Notes: a model not told the origin generated them from the letters alone. Shown: positions 50,501-62,306, counted from the stretch's first letter. The stretch: 63,051 nucleotides of DNA from Azospirillaceae bacterium (GCA_035627915.1 DASPKT010000427.1:1-63051), one strand, 5' to 3'. Made by a program: numbers and translations.

Positions 50501-50865
50501 GCCGCGGGCGGCAGGCGGCGCAGCACCGCGCCCGCGGTCGACAGCACCAGCCGCGGCCCCGCGGCCGGCGCCGCCAGGGCGCGCAGGGCCGCGATGCGGC
50601 GCGCCATGACGGGCACGCTGGGGCCGATGCGGTCGTAGGGGCGGCAGTCCCAGGCCGGCAGGTCCAGCACCTCCACGTCAGGGGCGAAGAAGCGCAGGGC
50701 CGCCGCCAGCACGTCGAGCCGCCGCCGGCTCTCCGCCAGGTGCAGCAGCGGGCGGGGGGAGAGGCGCCGCGCGGCCTCGGCCAGCAGCAGCGCGTCGTGC
50801 CCCTCCGGCGCGCCGTACAGGATGCGGCGCCAGGGCGGCGGAAGCGTCGGGTCGAAGGGGAGCAT
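47512..50865 (-). CDS. mfd: Transcription-repair coupling factor Mfd
   Basis: 1117 aa. It has a UvrB-homology N-terminus, the RNAP-interaction region (LVVHRDHGIG...YKGGDTLLVPVD), and superfamily-2 helicase motifs (GDVGVGKTEVA, DEEHRFGV, MSATPIPRTL, QLHQLRGRVGR). Confidence 0.92.
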   Translation of the reverse strand: MLPFDPTLPPPWRRILYGAPEGHDALLLAEAARRLSPRPLLHLAESRRRLDVLAAALRFFAPDVEVLDLPAWDCRPYDRIGPSVPVMARRIAALRALAAPAAGPRLVLSTAGAVLRRLPPAAALAGLVLEPGTEEAAVKEGLLGLGYLQSPDPREPGDFRLEAGALTAVLPDGTPLSLDLAAGGTLPPVSEVPLDAAAAARFTTAYGRLFGRPDARDPVREAVEAGRRPPAMEHWLPLFFERTDTLFGLLPDAVLSLDERAAQARAIRHAEIAQGFRAREARRTVDARAGLPAYHPVPPDLAFLTEEEWEEALSARAVVELDDDPPPPGEADACDAGGRRGSGLSVAESPGAVAERLSAWRGEKRRILAVVERPAQAAGLARLVERGGLGPAAAAADWREAAALPADAVAVAALELEEGFTAPGLAVVGRGEMVRERQAPRTTDTTADALAGAGEPALALGALVVHRDHGIGLADGMETVEAAGAVRDCLRLVYKGGDTLLVPVDHLDAVRPYGLPREGVTLDRLGGGAWEGRVARARAAVDEVARQLVERAAARAARRQEPVVPARRPWRAFLAGFPYRETEDQRTAIEAVLADLASGRTMDRLVVGDVGVGKTEVALRAAFAVAMAGRQVAVVAPTTPLARQHAETFAARLAGFPLETGYLGRGVPAEEERRVRAGLADGTIRVAVGTHALLAKGVRFRDLGLVVIDEEHRFGVKEKERLASLSARVHVLAMSATPIPRTLRLALGGLRDISVVATLPSDRRPVRTEVKPLTAELLRAALLRERERGGQSFLVCPRIDDIPALRTLLEEACPELGVVEAHGRLKPEALEDRLSRFVEGGCDVLLATNIVETGLDIPNANTILLHHADRFGLAQLHQLRGRVGRSRIQAYAYLTYDPAKPPADTARERLESLAALTGAGAGFAVASRDMDLRGGGELLGEAQSGHLRDIGPALFQDLLRRAVAAAKGKPEPPDWSPQVNLDRPALVPETYVADPGRRLELYLRLETAEAPRAELEAALTRRHGAPPPEVDALLDRAELKRLCLAAGIAQLDLGPKGALLTSHADAHSAHPAVPGADWRDDGKLRVTWDDPAGRLDAVRGVLAALRAIAPVTEPAPA

Positions 50866-51042
50866 GCGGGCCGCGGGATGCGGAAGGGGCGCGCCAGGTC
50901 AACCCCGGGCGCCCCGGCCGGTTCCGCGGCGCCCCGCCGCACCACCAAAGAGCGGTCCCTCCTTCGGGGATGGGCGCCCGTTCCGCGTGTTGTCACCGCG
51001 GGTTGATACCGACCGACGCCCGCGCGCCAGGGAGACAGCGGC

Positions 51043-53593
<2,551 letters not shown>

Positions 53594-53714
53594 CCGCGGC
53601 CGGCCGATGGGGCGGGGAAGGGGCCGTCCCCGGGGGGCGGCCCCTTGCCGCGTCTGGCGCGGGCGTGCGGATTGGGCTAAGGGTGGCGCCGGCATGACGG
53701 CGCGGGGTCGGGCG

Positions 53715-53897
53715 ATGAAGCTTGAGGACAGGCTGGCGGTGAAGCTGCTGGCGCAGGCGCAGGCGAGCCTGGGCAAGGCCGTGGCCGAGACGCTGTGCAC
53801 CGAGCCCGACCCCAGGGTGGTCAAGGCCCTGGTGCGCGAGGCGGCGGAGCTGATCGCGGAGTTCGAGGACGCCTGGTTCGAGACGGCGGGGCGCTAG
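53715..53897 (+). CDS. Hypothetical small protein (60 aa; could start at 53694)
   Basis: MKLEDRLAVKLLAQAQASLGKAVAETL...FEDAWFETAGR is predicted helical. There is no recognisable family, and it converges with the next small ORF. Confidence 0.25.
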   Translation: MKLEDRLAVKLLAQAQASLGKAVAETLCTEPDPRVVKALVREAAELIAEFEDAWFETAGR

Positions 53898-54115
53898 GCC
53901 GCGCGCGGCGCCCGGCCGCGCCCGGCGCGGGCCGGCGCCGCCTCGTCCTCCAGCCGCTGGCAGGCCCGGTGCACGGCCGCCAGCGAGCCGAAGCGGTGGC
54001 GGTCCAGCCGCAGGAACAGGGGATCGGCGCTGAAGAACAGGAACCCGTCGCCATCGGCGACGGCGACGCCGGCCGCATGGCCGACGGTCTCGATCACGTA
54101 GCTCTCGGACGACAT
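53894..54115 (-). CDS. Hypothetical small protein (73 aa)
   Basis: MSSESYVIETVGHAAGVAVADGDGFLFFSADPLFLRLDRHRFGSLAAVHRACQRL... A strong GGAGGA lies 7 nt upstream of ATG 54115, which is internal to track ORF 53894..54439. Confidence 0.4.
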   Translation of the reverse strand: MSSESYVIETVGHAAGVAVADGDGFLFFSADPLFLRLDRHRFGSLAAVHRACQRLEDEAAPARAGRGRAPRAA

Positions 54116-54420
54116 CCGTTTCCTCCGGGGACACGCCTGCGCAGTCCCGGCCGTCGCCGGCCGGCCTTCCATGCGGCAGGAACGCCCCGCTTCCGGCCGG
54201 GACCGGAGGCGGTGAGGGCGGGGAGCCCTGTCGAGGTATCGGGCGAAACAACAGGTCGCCCTTGTGGTTTGTTCCTTGGTCCTGCCCGGCATACCGCGGC
54301 GGCGATCCCGGCAACCCGGGCCGCGCCTGCCCGCCGCCGCGCCGCGCATTGCAGGTGTGAAATGGCGTCTATCTACATCGCGGTTGACACGGGTGCCCCG
54401 ATACCCAAGCTTCAGGAGGC

Positions 54421-55491
54421 GTGAAACGCATGGAAACACCGGAGCAGCCCCGCATGAGCATCCGCACCGCCGCGTCCCGGCCCGTCGCCCGCCTCGCCTC
54501 CGCCCTGCTGCTGGGCGCCGCGGTCCTGTCCGCCGGCGCCGCCCAGGCGGCCGAGGTGGTGGTCCGCGCCGGCTACATCCCCGTGCTGGGCGCCGCCCAG
54601 GCCTTCATCATCGACAAGCAGGGCTGGGACAAGGAGGCGGGCTTCGACCTGCAGCTGACCCAGTTCGACAGCGGCCCCAACATGATCCAGGCGCTGGCGT
54701 CCGGCACGCTTGAGGGCTACGTCGCCGGCGTCGGCCCCCTCATCGTCGCCCGCGCCCAGGGCATCGGCGTCCGCGTCGTCGCCTCCACCGCGGTGGAGGA
54801 GCTGGTGGTCGCCGCCGGGCCGGACCTGGCCGCCGCGGCCAAGGGCGGCAACGCCGCCAAGGCCATCGCCGACCTCTCCGCCAAGCTGGGCCGGCCGGTG
54901 AAGCTGGCGACGCAGCCCGCGGGCTCCATCCCCAACACGGTGCTGCAGTACTGGCTGTGGCGCGTCGCGGGCGTGGACAAGTCCAAGGTGGAGCTGGTGC
55001 CGATGGGCATCGACGCCACCCAGCAGGCGCTGCTGGCCGGGGCCGTCGACGGCGCCACCGTGCGCGAGCCGGCGCTGACCATCATCCGCGACCGGCTGCC
55101 GGCCGTCTCGGTGCTGGCCTACGGCAAGGACATGATCGAGAACCAGCCCGGCACCGTCGTCGGCGTGAGCGAGGAGCTGGCGACCAAGCACCCCGAGGTC
55201 GTGCAGAAGCTGGTCGACCTGACCGTGCGCGCCACCAAGCTCATCCAGCAGGACCCGGCCACGGCCGCCAAGGCGGTGGAGCAGGTGCTGGGCCGCGGCC
55301 TGATCGACGCCAAGACCATGCAGCGGGCCCTGACCTCGCCCGCCTCGCGCTTCTCGGTCGATCCCCGCTCCATCGTTGAGAAGACCAAGCTGATCCAGGA
55401 CTTCCAGGTGGAGATCGGCGTGCTGAAGAAGGCGGAGCCGGTGGACGGTCTGTTCGACGCCTCCTTCTTCGACAAGTCCCCGAAGGGCTGA
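54421..55491 (+). CDS. ABC transporter substrate-binding protein (NitT/TauT, NMT1-like family)
   Basis: Signal peptide ...LLLGAAVLSAGAAQA. Periplasmic binding fold with AGYIPVLGAAQAFI. Starts at GTG 54421 or ATG 54430. Confidence 0.75.
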   Translation: MKRMETPEQPRMSIRTAASRPVARLASALLLGAAVLSAGAAQAAEVVVRAGYIPVLGAAQAFIIDKQGWDKEAGFDLQLTQFDSGPNMIQALASGTLEGYVAGVGPLIVARAQGIGVRVVASTAVEELVVAAGPDLAAAAKGGNAAKAIADLSAKLGRPVKLATQPAGSIPNTVLQYWLWRVAGVDKSKVELVPMGIDATQQALLAGAVDGATVREPALTIIRDRLPAVSVLAYGKDMIENQPGTVVGVSEELATKHPEVVQKLVDLTVRATKLIQQDPATAAKAVEQVLGRGLIDAKTMQRALTSPASRFSVDPRSIVEKTKLIQDFQVEIGVLKKAEPVDGLFDASFFDKSPKG

Positions 55492-55498
55492 GGCGGCG

Positions 55499-56242
55499 GT
55501 GCGGCGCATCCTGCTGGCGGCGCTGGGCGTCGCCCTCTTCCTCGCCCTGTGGGAGGCGGTGCCGCGGCTGGGGCTGGTGCGGCCGGTGCTGCTGCCGGCC
55601 CCCAGCCAGATCCCGGGCACCTTCCTCAGCGAGATCCAGAGCGGCAGCTGGCTGTCGGCCGTGCTCGCCAGCCTCGGCCACTATCTCTGGGGATTGGCGC
55701 TGGGTTCGCTGCTGGGCGTCGGGCTGGGCGTCGCCGTCGGCATGTCGCGCACGCTGGAGGACCTGACCTCCTGGGTGGTGCGGCTGCTGCGGCCGATCCC
55801 CGGCCTCGCCTGGGTGCCCTTCGCCATCATCTGGTTCGGCGTCAGCCCGTCGGCGGCGACCTTCATCATCGTGGTCGGCGTCTTCTGGATCAATTTCTTC
55901 GCCGCCCTGGGCGCGGTGCAGGCGGTCGACCGCGACCTGCTGGAGCTGGCCGACGCGTTCGGCCACCGCGGCCCCCTGGCGAAGCTGACGAAGGTCGTGC
56001 TGCCCGCCGCCTCCGCCTCCATCCTGTCGGGCTTCCGCACCGGGCTGGGGCAGGCCTGGATGGCCGTGGTGGCGGCGGAGCTGTTCGGCGTGCCCGGCAT
56101 CGGCCAGCGCATGATGCAGGCCTCCTCGCTGCTGGCGACCGACATCGTCGTCGTCTACATGATCACCATGGCGCTGCTCTACGGCATCGTGGACACCGTC
56201 TTCGTCGCCGTGCGCGACCGGCTGCTGGGGTGGAAGGCATGA
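55499..56242 (+). CDS. ABC transporter permease (NitT/TauT family)
   Basis: 247 aa with six TM helices. The EAA-like loop is ...DRDLLELADAFG... Confidence 0.8.
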   Translation: MRRILLAALGVALFLALWEAVPRLGLVRPVLLPAPSQIPGTFLSEIQSGSWLSAVLASLGHYLWGLALGSLLGVGLGVAVGMSRTLEDLTSWVVRLLRPIPGLAWVPFAIIWFGVSPSAATFIIVVGVFWINFFAALGAVQAVDRDLLELADAFGHRGPLAKLTKVVLPAASASILSGFRTGLGQAWMAVVAAELFGVPGIGQRMMQASSLLATDIVVVYMITMALLYGIVDTVFVAVRDRLLGWKA

Positions 56243-56997
56243 TCACGGTCGAGCGCCTGTCCCTGGCCTTTCCCGGTGCCATGGGGGGCGAGACGGTGGT
56301 GCTGCGCGACTTCTCGCTCGCCATCGGCAAGGGGGAGTTCATCGCCATCGTCGGCGCGTCGGGCGTGGGCAAGTCCACCCTGCTGCGCGTCGTCGCCGGC
56401 CTGATCCGGCCCAAGGAAGGCACGGTCGCCCGCGACAGCGACCCGCGGCCGGGCACCCGGCCCTACGGGCTGGTGTTCCAGGACGCACGCCTGCTGCCCT
56501 GGCGGCGGGTGCGGGCCAACGTGGAGTTCGGGCTGGAGGGGCTGGGCCTGCCGCGGGCGGAGCGGCGCCGCCGCGCGGACGAGGCGCTGGCCCTGGTCGG
56601 CCTCACCGACAAGGCCGACCGCTGGCCGCACCAGCTCTCCGGCGGGCAGCGCCAGCGCGTCGCCATCGCCCGCGCGCTGGCCGTGGACCCGGAGCTGCTG
56701 CTGATGGACGAGCCGTTCGGCGCGCTCGACGCCATCACCCGCCAGACCCTGCAGGACGAGTTGCTGGACCTCTGGCGGCGCACCGGCAAGACCATCCTGT
56801 TCGTGACCCACGACATCGAGGAGGCGGTCTACCTGGCCGACCGCGTGGTGCTGCTGGCCGGCTCCCCCGCCACCGTGCGCTCGGAGGACCGCCCGCGCGC
56901 GGCACGCCCGCGCCGCCGCGACGACGCCGACGCCCGCGACCTCGCCGACCGCATCCGCGACCGGCTCTCCGTGCTGATCGACGGGGAGGGGATCTAG
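56239..56997 (+). CDS. ABC transporter ATP-binding protein (NitT/TauT family)
   Basis: An ATGA overlap joins it to the permease gene. Walker A GASGVGKST, signature LSGGQRQRVAIARA and Walker B LLLMDEP. Confidence 0.85.
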   Translation: MITVERLSLAFPGAMGGETVVLRDFSLAIGKGEFIAIVGASGVGKSTLLRVVAGLIRPKEGTVARDSDPRPGTRPYGLVFQDARLLPWRRVRANVEFGLEGLGLPRAERRRRADEALALVGLTDKADRWPHQLSGGQRQRVAIARALAVDPELLLMDEPFGALDAITRQTLQDELLDLWRRTGKTILFVTHDIEEAVYLADRVVLLAGSPATVRSEDRPRAARPRRRDDADARDLADRIRDRLSVLIDGEGI

Positions 56998-58280
56998 TCC
57001 GCCTTCAGCGCCCGGCGCAGGCGGCGCAGCCCCACCCAGGCCGCCCCCAGCACCAGCGGCACCGCACCCGCAGCCAGCAGGTGGTGGTCCAGGTGCAGCC
57101 CCAGGGCCGGCAGCCCCTCCGCCACGACCTTCAGCAGTCCGATCAGGTAGTAGGTGATGGCGACCACCGACAGCCCCTCCACCGCCTCCTGGATGCGGAG
57201 CTGGGCGCGGGCGCGTGCCTCCATCGACCGCAGCAGCTCGGCGTTCTGCTCGGCCAGCTGCACGTCGACGCGGGTGCGCAGCATGGCGCCGGCGCGGCCC
57301 ACACCCTCGGCCAGCTCCGCCAGCCGCCGCCGCGCCGCCTCGCAGGTGCGCACGGCGGGGCCGAAGCGCCGCTCCAGGAACACGCCGATGCGGGGCAGGC
57401 CGGGGATGCGCTCCTCCCTCAGCTCCTGCAGCCGCCGCTCCACCAGGGCGGCGTAGGCAGCGGTGGCGCCGAAGCGGAAGCGGGTGCGCCCGGCGGCCGC
57501 CTCCACCTCCGCCGCCAGCAGGGTCAGCCGGTCCAGCAGCGCATGCTCCTCCGCGGTGGAACCGGCGGCGGCGGTGCGCTCCACGATGGCGGCCAGCCGC
57601 GCCTCCATCTCCGACAAGGCGGGGGTCAGCGCGCGGGCGTCGGGCAGGCCCAGCAGCGCCATCATGCGGTAGGTCTCGATCTCCAGCAGCCGCTGGACCA
57701 GCCGCCCGGTGCGGGCCGGCGTCAGGGCCACGTCGCGCACCAGCATGCGGCTGCAGCCGTCCTCGCCCACGTGGAAGTCGGTCCAGGCCAGCGCGTCGCC
57801 GCCGTTCACGACGGAGCCCGCCAGCTGCCCGCCGGGGAACAGCGCCGCCAGGCTCTCCGGCCCGTGGCGGGGCTCGGTGTCCGCCTCCACCCGCAGGTGC
57901 AGCGCCGCCAGCCGCCCCCCGGCGATGCCGGCGGTCCATTCCTCCAGCTCCGGCGTCAGGGCCGACCAGCCGCCGTCGCCCGGACCCGGCGCCAGGACGG
58001 TCACGGTCACGAACTCGGCATGCCGCTCCCAGCGCAGCAGCCGGTCGCCGACCGGCATCTGGCCGTGCCGGTCCTCCGGGCCCGGCGCCGCGGTCCCATG
58101 GCGGGCGCAGAGGCCCGCCAGCCGGTCGAGGTCGGCGGCCGCCTCCGCCGGGTCCGCCAGCCAGGCGACGTGCGTCAGGCGGGACGGCGTCTCCACCCGC
58201 AAATGCGGGCGCGCGTGCAGCTCGTCGTTGAGGGCGGCGCGCAGCGGGTGGTCGGCGGGGTGGGCGGCGCTGTCCGGCAT
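56994..58280 (-). CDS. DUF3422-family membrane-anchored protein
   Basis: 428 aa. The N-terminus is ...HPLRAALNDELHARP and there are two C-terminal TM helices. The family assignment is from memory. Confidence 0.5.
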   Translation of the reverse strand: MPDSAAHPADHPLRAALNDELHARPHLRVETPSRLTHVAWLADPAEAAADLDRLAGLCARHGTAAPGPEDRHGQMPVGDRLLRWERHAEFVTVTVLAPGPGDGGWSALTPELEEWTAGIAGGRLAALHLRVEADTEPRHGPESLAALFPGGQLAGSVVNGGDALAWTDFHVGEDGCSRMLVRDVALTPARTGRLVQRLLEIETYRMMALLGLPDARALTPALSEMEARLAAIVERTAAAGSTAEEHALLDRLTLLAAEVEAAAGRTRFRFGATAAYAALVERRLQELREERIPGLPRIGVFLERRFGPAVRTCEAARRRLAELAEGVGRAGAMLRTRVDVQLAEQNAELLRSMEARARAQLRIQEAVEGLSVVAITYYLIGLLKVVAEGLPALGLHLDHHLLAAGAVPLVLGAAWVGLRRLRRALKAD

Positions 58281-58407
58281 GTGGGCCCCCGGCGGGTTTC
58301 GGGAGCCAGCCTAGGCGCGGCGGGGGTACTCCGCAACCGTCGCATCCCCCAGCTCCCCCCTTGGGTGCTATGGTCGGCCACAAGGGTTCGCTGGGCGCGG
58401 GGATCGC

Positions 58408-58911
58408 ATGCGGGTTTTCGGATTGGCGGGATGGAGCGGCAGCGGCAAGACCACGCTGGTCACGCGGCTGCTACCGGAGCTGCGCGCCCGCGGCGTCCGC
58501 GTCTCCACGGTCAAGCACGCCCACCATGCCTTCGACGTGGACCAGCCCGGCAAGGACAGCTACCGGCACCGCGAGGCCGGGGCGGAGGAGGTGCTGGTCA
58601 GCTCCGCCAGCCGCTGGGTGCTGATGCACGAGCACCGCGGCGCGCCGGAGCCGCCGCTGGCGGACCTGCTGGCCCGCCTGTCGCCGGTCGACCTGGTGCT
58701 GGTGGAGGGGTTCAAGCGCGACCCGCACCCGAAGCTGGAGGTCTGGCGCCGGGCGACCGGCAAGCCGCTGCTGCACCCCGACGACCCGCACATCGTCGGC
58801 CTCGCCACCGACGCCCCGCCGGAGGGCTGCCCGCTGCCCTGCCTGGACCTCGACGACATCCCCGCCATCGCCGCCTTCGTGCTGCGGGCGGCCGGGCTGG
58901 AGGGGCGCTGA
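58408..58911 (+). CDS. mobB: Molybdopterin-guanine dinucleotide biosynthesis adaptor protein MobB
   Basis: Starts MRVFGLAGWSGSGKTTLV (P-loop). It also has ...VSTVKHAHH.FDVD.PGKDS and LVLVEGFK. Confidence 0.85.
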   Translation: MRVFGLAGWSGSGKTTLVTRLLPELRARGVRVSTVKHAHHAFDVDQPGKDSYRHREAGAEEVLVSSASRWVLMHEHRGAPEPPLADLLARLSPVDLVLVEGFKRDPHPKLEVWRRATGKPLLHPDDPHIVGLATDAPPEGCPLPCLDLDDIPAIAAFVLRAAGLEGR

Positions 58912-58914
58912 GGC

Positions 58915-60168
58915 ATGGCGCAGCTCTCCGACGACTGCTTCGCCTTCGGCGGCCCGCTGATGCGGCTGGAGCAGGCGGTCGCCCTGCTGCGCGACCGGCT
59001 GGCCCCCGCGGCGGGGACGGAGGAGGTGCCGCTGCGCGCCGCGGCCGGCCGGGTGCTGGCCGCCGACCTGGTCGCCCCCATCGACGTGCCGGCGCACGAC
59101 AACTCCGCCGTGGACGGCTACGCGGTGCGCCACGCCGACCTGGCGGCGGACGCCGACACGGTGCTGCCGCTGGCCGGCCGCGTCGCCGCCGGCGACGACC
59201 CCGGGGCACCGCCGGACAGTCCCTGCGCCGTCCGCATCTTCACCGGCGCCCCGATGCCGGTCGGCTTCGACACGGTCATGATGCAGGAGGACGCGGTGGA
59301 AGAGGGGGGCCGGGTCCGCCTGCGCCCCGGGCTGAAGCGCGGCGCCAACCGCCGCCGGGCGGGGGAGGACGTGGGCAGGGGCTCCATCGCCCTGCCGGGG
59401 GGCCGGCGGCTGCGGCCGCAGGACGTCGGCCTGGCCGCGGCCCTCGGCGTCACGCGGCTGCCGGTGCGGGCGCCCCTGCGGGTGGCGCTGCTCTCCACCG
59501 GGAGCGAGCTGCACGAGCCCGGCACGGTGCCGGGCCCCGGCGGCATCCACGACAGCAACCGCTACATGCTGGCGGCCCTGCTGGAGGGGCTGGGCTGCGC
59601 GGTCACCGATCTCGGCATCCTGCGCGACGACCCGGACGCCATCGGCAGCGCGCTCTCCGCCGCCGCGGCGGGGCACGACCTGATCCTCAGCTCCGGCGGC
59701 ATGTCCACGGGGGAGGAGGACCACGTCAAGGCGGCGGTGGAGCGGCTGGGGCGGCTGCATTTCTGGCGTCTCGCCATCAAGCCGGGGCGGCCGGTCGCCA
59801 TGGGCCAGGTGGGCCGCGTGCCCTTCGTCGGCCTGCCCGGCAACCCGGTCGCCGGCATGGTGACCTTCCTGCTGCTGGCCCGGCCGCTGGTGCAGCACCT
59901 CCAGGGCGAGGCGCCCTCCGACCCGCCGCGCTTCCCGGTCCGCGCCGCCTTCGACTACCGCAAGAAGCGCGACCGGCGCGAATATGTCCGTGTCTGGCTG
60001 GAGCGCGCCGCCGACGGTGCGCTGGAGGCCCGCAAGTTCCCCCGCGACGGCGCCGGCATCCTCTCCTCCCTCGTCGCCGCCGACGGGCTGGCGGAGCTGG
60101 GGGAGGAGGTCACCTCCGTCGCGCCGGGCGACATGGTGGCGTACCTGCCGCTGTCGTCGGTGATTTGA
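58915..60168 (+). CDS. moeA: Molybdopterin molybdotransferase MoeA
   Basis: 417 aa with SAVDGYAV, RIFTGAPMP, ILSSGGMSTGEEDHVK and GLPGNPVA motifs. Confidence 0.9.
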   Translation: MAQLSDDCFAFGGPLMRLEQAVALLRDRLAPAAGTEEVPLRAAAGRVLAADLVAPIDVPAHDNSAVDGYAVRHADLAADADTVLPLAGRVAAGDDPGAPPDSPCAVRIFTGAPMPVGFDTVMMQEDAVEEGGRVRLRPGLKRGANRRRAGEDVGRGSIALPGGRRLRPQDVGLAAALGVTRLPVRAPLRVALLSTGSELHEPGTVPGPGGIHDSNRYMLAALLEGLGCAVTDLGILRDDPDAIGSALSAAAAGHDLILSSGGMSTGEEDHVKAAVERLGRLHFWRLAIKPGRPVAMGQVGRVPFVGLPGNPVAGMVTFLLLARPLVQHLQGEAPSDPPRFPVRAAFDYRKKRDRREYVRVWLERAADGALEARKFPRDGAGILSSLVAADGLAELGEEVTSVAPGDMVAYLPLSSVI

Positions 60169-60202
60169 GGGGGGTGCGGGCTGGGTGCGGCGGGCAGGTG
60201 CT

Positions 60203-60450
60203 GCGGGCTTCGACAGGCTCAGCCTGAGGAACGGGGGATGCCAGGCCCGGCGTGGACGGGGCGCGCCTGGGGGCTGGGGGCAGGGCGGGGTCCGGCGGCA
60301 AGGCGCCACGCCGCCCCCCACTCGACCGTCATGCCCGCCTCCGCGGGGGTGACGATCAAGGGGTGGGACGGGGCGCGGCTGCACATCACACAGTTAGGCC
60401 CCCCGGGGGAGCAGCACATCCTCCCTCAGGCTGAGCCTGTCGAAGCCCGC
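60203..60450. repeat. 248-bp MITE/REP-like element with perfect 27-bp terminal inverted repeats
   Basis: GCGGGCTTCGACAGGCTCAGCCTGAGG lies at 60203-60229, and its exact reverse complement at 60424-60450. A central hairpin module GTCATGCCCGCCTCCGCGGGGGTGAC lies at 60328-60353. Confidence 0.65.
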
Positions 60451-60486
60451 ACCCCACCGCCGCTGCCGACGGACGGCGCCCGCCCC

Positions 60487-61122
60487 CTACAGCCCCGGAT
60501 GCGCCGCCAGCAGCCGTTCCGCCTCGTCCAAATCCTCCGGCGTGTTGGCGTTGAAGAAGGGGTCGGCGGGGTCGGTGGCGAAGTCGGCGTGGGCGATGCC
60601 GTGCCGGGCGGTCCAGCGGTCGATCCGGCGGAGATCCTCGACGACCAGGGCGTGGCGCAGATCCTCGCGCAGCGCCACCGGCCACAGCCCCACCACGGGA
60701 TGCGCCTGCCCGGCGGAGCGGGCGCAGGCGAGCGGGGTGCCGGCGGCCCGCCGCGCCGCCTCCAGCCGCGCCAGCAGGTCGGGGGGCAGGAACGGGCAGT
60801 CAGTGGGGACGCTCAGCACGTCGGCCGCGCCGGGCGCATGCTCCGCCGCCCAGTCCAGCGCCGCCAGCACGCCGGCCAGGGGCCCCGCGAACCCCTCCAC
60901 CGTGTCGGCGACGACGGGCAGGCCCCAGGGGGCGAAGCGCGCCGGGTCGCCGTTGGCGTTCAGCACCAGCGTGCCCACCTGCGGCAGCACCCGGGCGATG
61001 ACCCGGTCCAGCACGGCCGCACCGCCGACGGTCCGCAGCGCCTTGTCGCCGCCGCCCATGCGCCGCGCCAGCCCGCCGGCCAGCAGCACGCCCAGCACGC
61101 CGGGGACGGCCGCCTCACTCAT
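60487..61122 (-). CDS. mobA: Molybdenum cofactor guanylyltransferase MobA
   Basis: 211 aa with [16 protein letters not shown] and ...PTDCPFLP motifs. Confidence 0.85.
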   Translation of the reverse strand: MSEAAVPGVLGVLLAGGLARRMGGGDKALRTVGGAAVLDRVIARVLPQVGTLVLNANGDPARFAPWGLPVVADTVEGFAGPLAGVLAALDWAAEHAPGAADVLSVPTDCPFLPPDLLARLEAARRAAGTPLACARSAGQAHPVVGLWPVALREDLRHALVVEDLRRIDRWTARHGIAHADFATDPADPFFNANTPEDLDEAERLLAAHPGL

Positions 61123-61990
61123 CCCCCTCGGCCCCCTTGCGGCGGTGGCGGCGGTCCTCGTCTGGGTCGTGGCGCCAGTCGGCGTCGAAGACGATGCGCT
61201 CCGTCCCCGCGAGCGCCAGGAACCGCCGGCCGCGGGCGCGGCCGATCAGGGTCAGCCCGGCCTGCCGCGCCAGGTCCACGCCCCAGGCGGTGAAGCCGGA
61301 GCGCGAGACCAGGATCGGGATGCCCATCTGCACCGTCTTGATGACCATCTCCGAGGTCAGGCGGCCGGTGGTGTAGAAGATCTTGTCCTCCGCCCCGACC
61401 CCGTGCCGGAACATCCAGCCGGCGATCTTGTCCACCGCGTTGTGGCGACCAACGTCCTCCATGTAGACGACCGGCCGGTCCTCCACCGCCAGCGCGCAGC
61501 CGTGGATGGCGCCGGCCGTCAGGTACAGCGACGGGGCCGTGTTGATCTTGTGCAGCAGGGCGTAGAGCCAGCTGGTGCGGATGGTGGCGGTGCGCGACAG
61601 GGTGACGGAGGCGAACCGCTCCATGATGTCGCCGAAGGCGGTGCCCTGGGCGCAGCCCGAGGTCAGCGTCTTCCGGCGCAGCTTCTCCTGGAAGTCGGTG
61701 GCGCGCTCGGTGCGCACGGCCACGACCTCCACCTCCGGGTCGTAGACCACGTCGGTGACCCGGTCGTCGGCGCGCAGCATGTTCTGGTTCAGCAGGTAGC
61801 CGAGCGCCAGCTCCTCCGGATAGTCCAGGATCGTCATCATGGTGACGATCTCCTGGCCGTTCAGGTAGAGGGTCAGCGGCCGCTCCACCGGCACGGCGGA
61901 GGCCACGGGCTGGCCCGTCTGGTCGATGCCCTCGACGGGCCGCGACAGGCGCGGGTCGTCCGGGTCCGGCGTGATCAGGAATTCGTTCAT
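61115..61990 (-). CDS. fdhD: Formate dehydrogenase accessory sulfurtransferase FdhD
   Basis: 291 aa with ...TSGCAQGT (active-site Cys loop), [11 protein letters not shown] and SRSGFT. It overlaps the mobA start by 8 nt. Confidence 0.85.
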   Translation of the reverse strand: MNEFLITPDPDDPRLSRPVEGIDQTGQPVASAVPVERPLTLYLNGQEIVTMMTILDYPEELALGYLLNQNMLRADDRVTDVVYDPEVEVVAVRTERATDFQEKLRRKTLTSGCAQGTAFGDIMERFASVTLSRTATIRTSWLYALLHKINTAPSLYLTAGAIHGCALAVEDRPVVYMEDVGRHNAVDKIAGWMFRHGVGAEDKIFYTTGRLTSEMVIKTVQMGIPILVSRSGFTAWGVDLARQAGLTLIGRARGRRFLALAGTERIVFDADWRHDPDEDRRHRRKGAEGDE

Positions 61991-62075
61991 GCCCCCGACG
62001 ATACGGGGCCGGGAGCCCCCACCGCAAGGCGCGTCCGGGCGACCCCCCTCCGGGTAGCCCGGGCGGAGAGGGCGC

Positions 62076-62306
62076 TCAGCGGTCGTCCCACTCCGGCTCC
62101 TCGGCCTTCAGCAGCTCCACCAGCCGCGCGACGCGGCCGGTGACGTTGCGGCCCAGCGCCACCGCCAAGTAGTCGTCGGAGCCGAGCCAGGTCCGCGCCT
62201 CCATCAGCTCGGCCGGGCTGGCGCCGGTGCCGATGATGCTGGCGATGCGGAAATCGTCCAGGCGCCCGCAGATCTCGATCACCTGGTCGCGCGTCAGGGA
62301 CTGCAT
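62076..62306 (-). CDS. Hypothetical small protein (76 aa)
   Basis: MQSLTRDQVIEICGRLDDFRIASIIGTGASPAELMEARTWLG... GGGGAGG lies 7 nt upstream of ATG 62306, which is internal to track ORF 62076..62429. Confidence 0.4.
   Translation of the reverse strand: MQSLTRDQVIEICGRLDDFRIASIIGTGASPAELMEARTWLGSDDYLAVALGRNVTGRVARLVELLKAEEPEWDDR

Noticed and set aside
47389-51006. 1205-aa plus-strand ORF, and the 839-aa ORF 47423..49942 in an alternative minus-strand frame of mfd, in the mfd region
   Set aside because: Mfd (47512..50865, minus strand) has unambiguous helicase and TRCF motifs. The other frames are low-complexity artefacts.
54116-54420. Possible riboswitch (for example TPP) in the ~300-nt leader upstream of the NMT1/NitT-TauT-type binding protein gene
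   Set aside because: I could not find the conserved TPP core (CUGAGA...ACCUGAUCUGGAUAAUGCCAGCG-type elements) or any other riboswitch signature by eye. A cmscan against Rfam would settle it.
57081-60227. 1048-aa plus-strand ORF across the DUF3422, mobB and moeA region
   Set aside because: It crosses three well-supported genes in wrong frames or strands and is an RGAP-rich translation.
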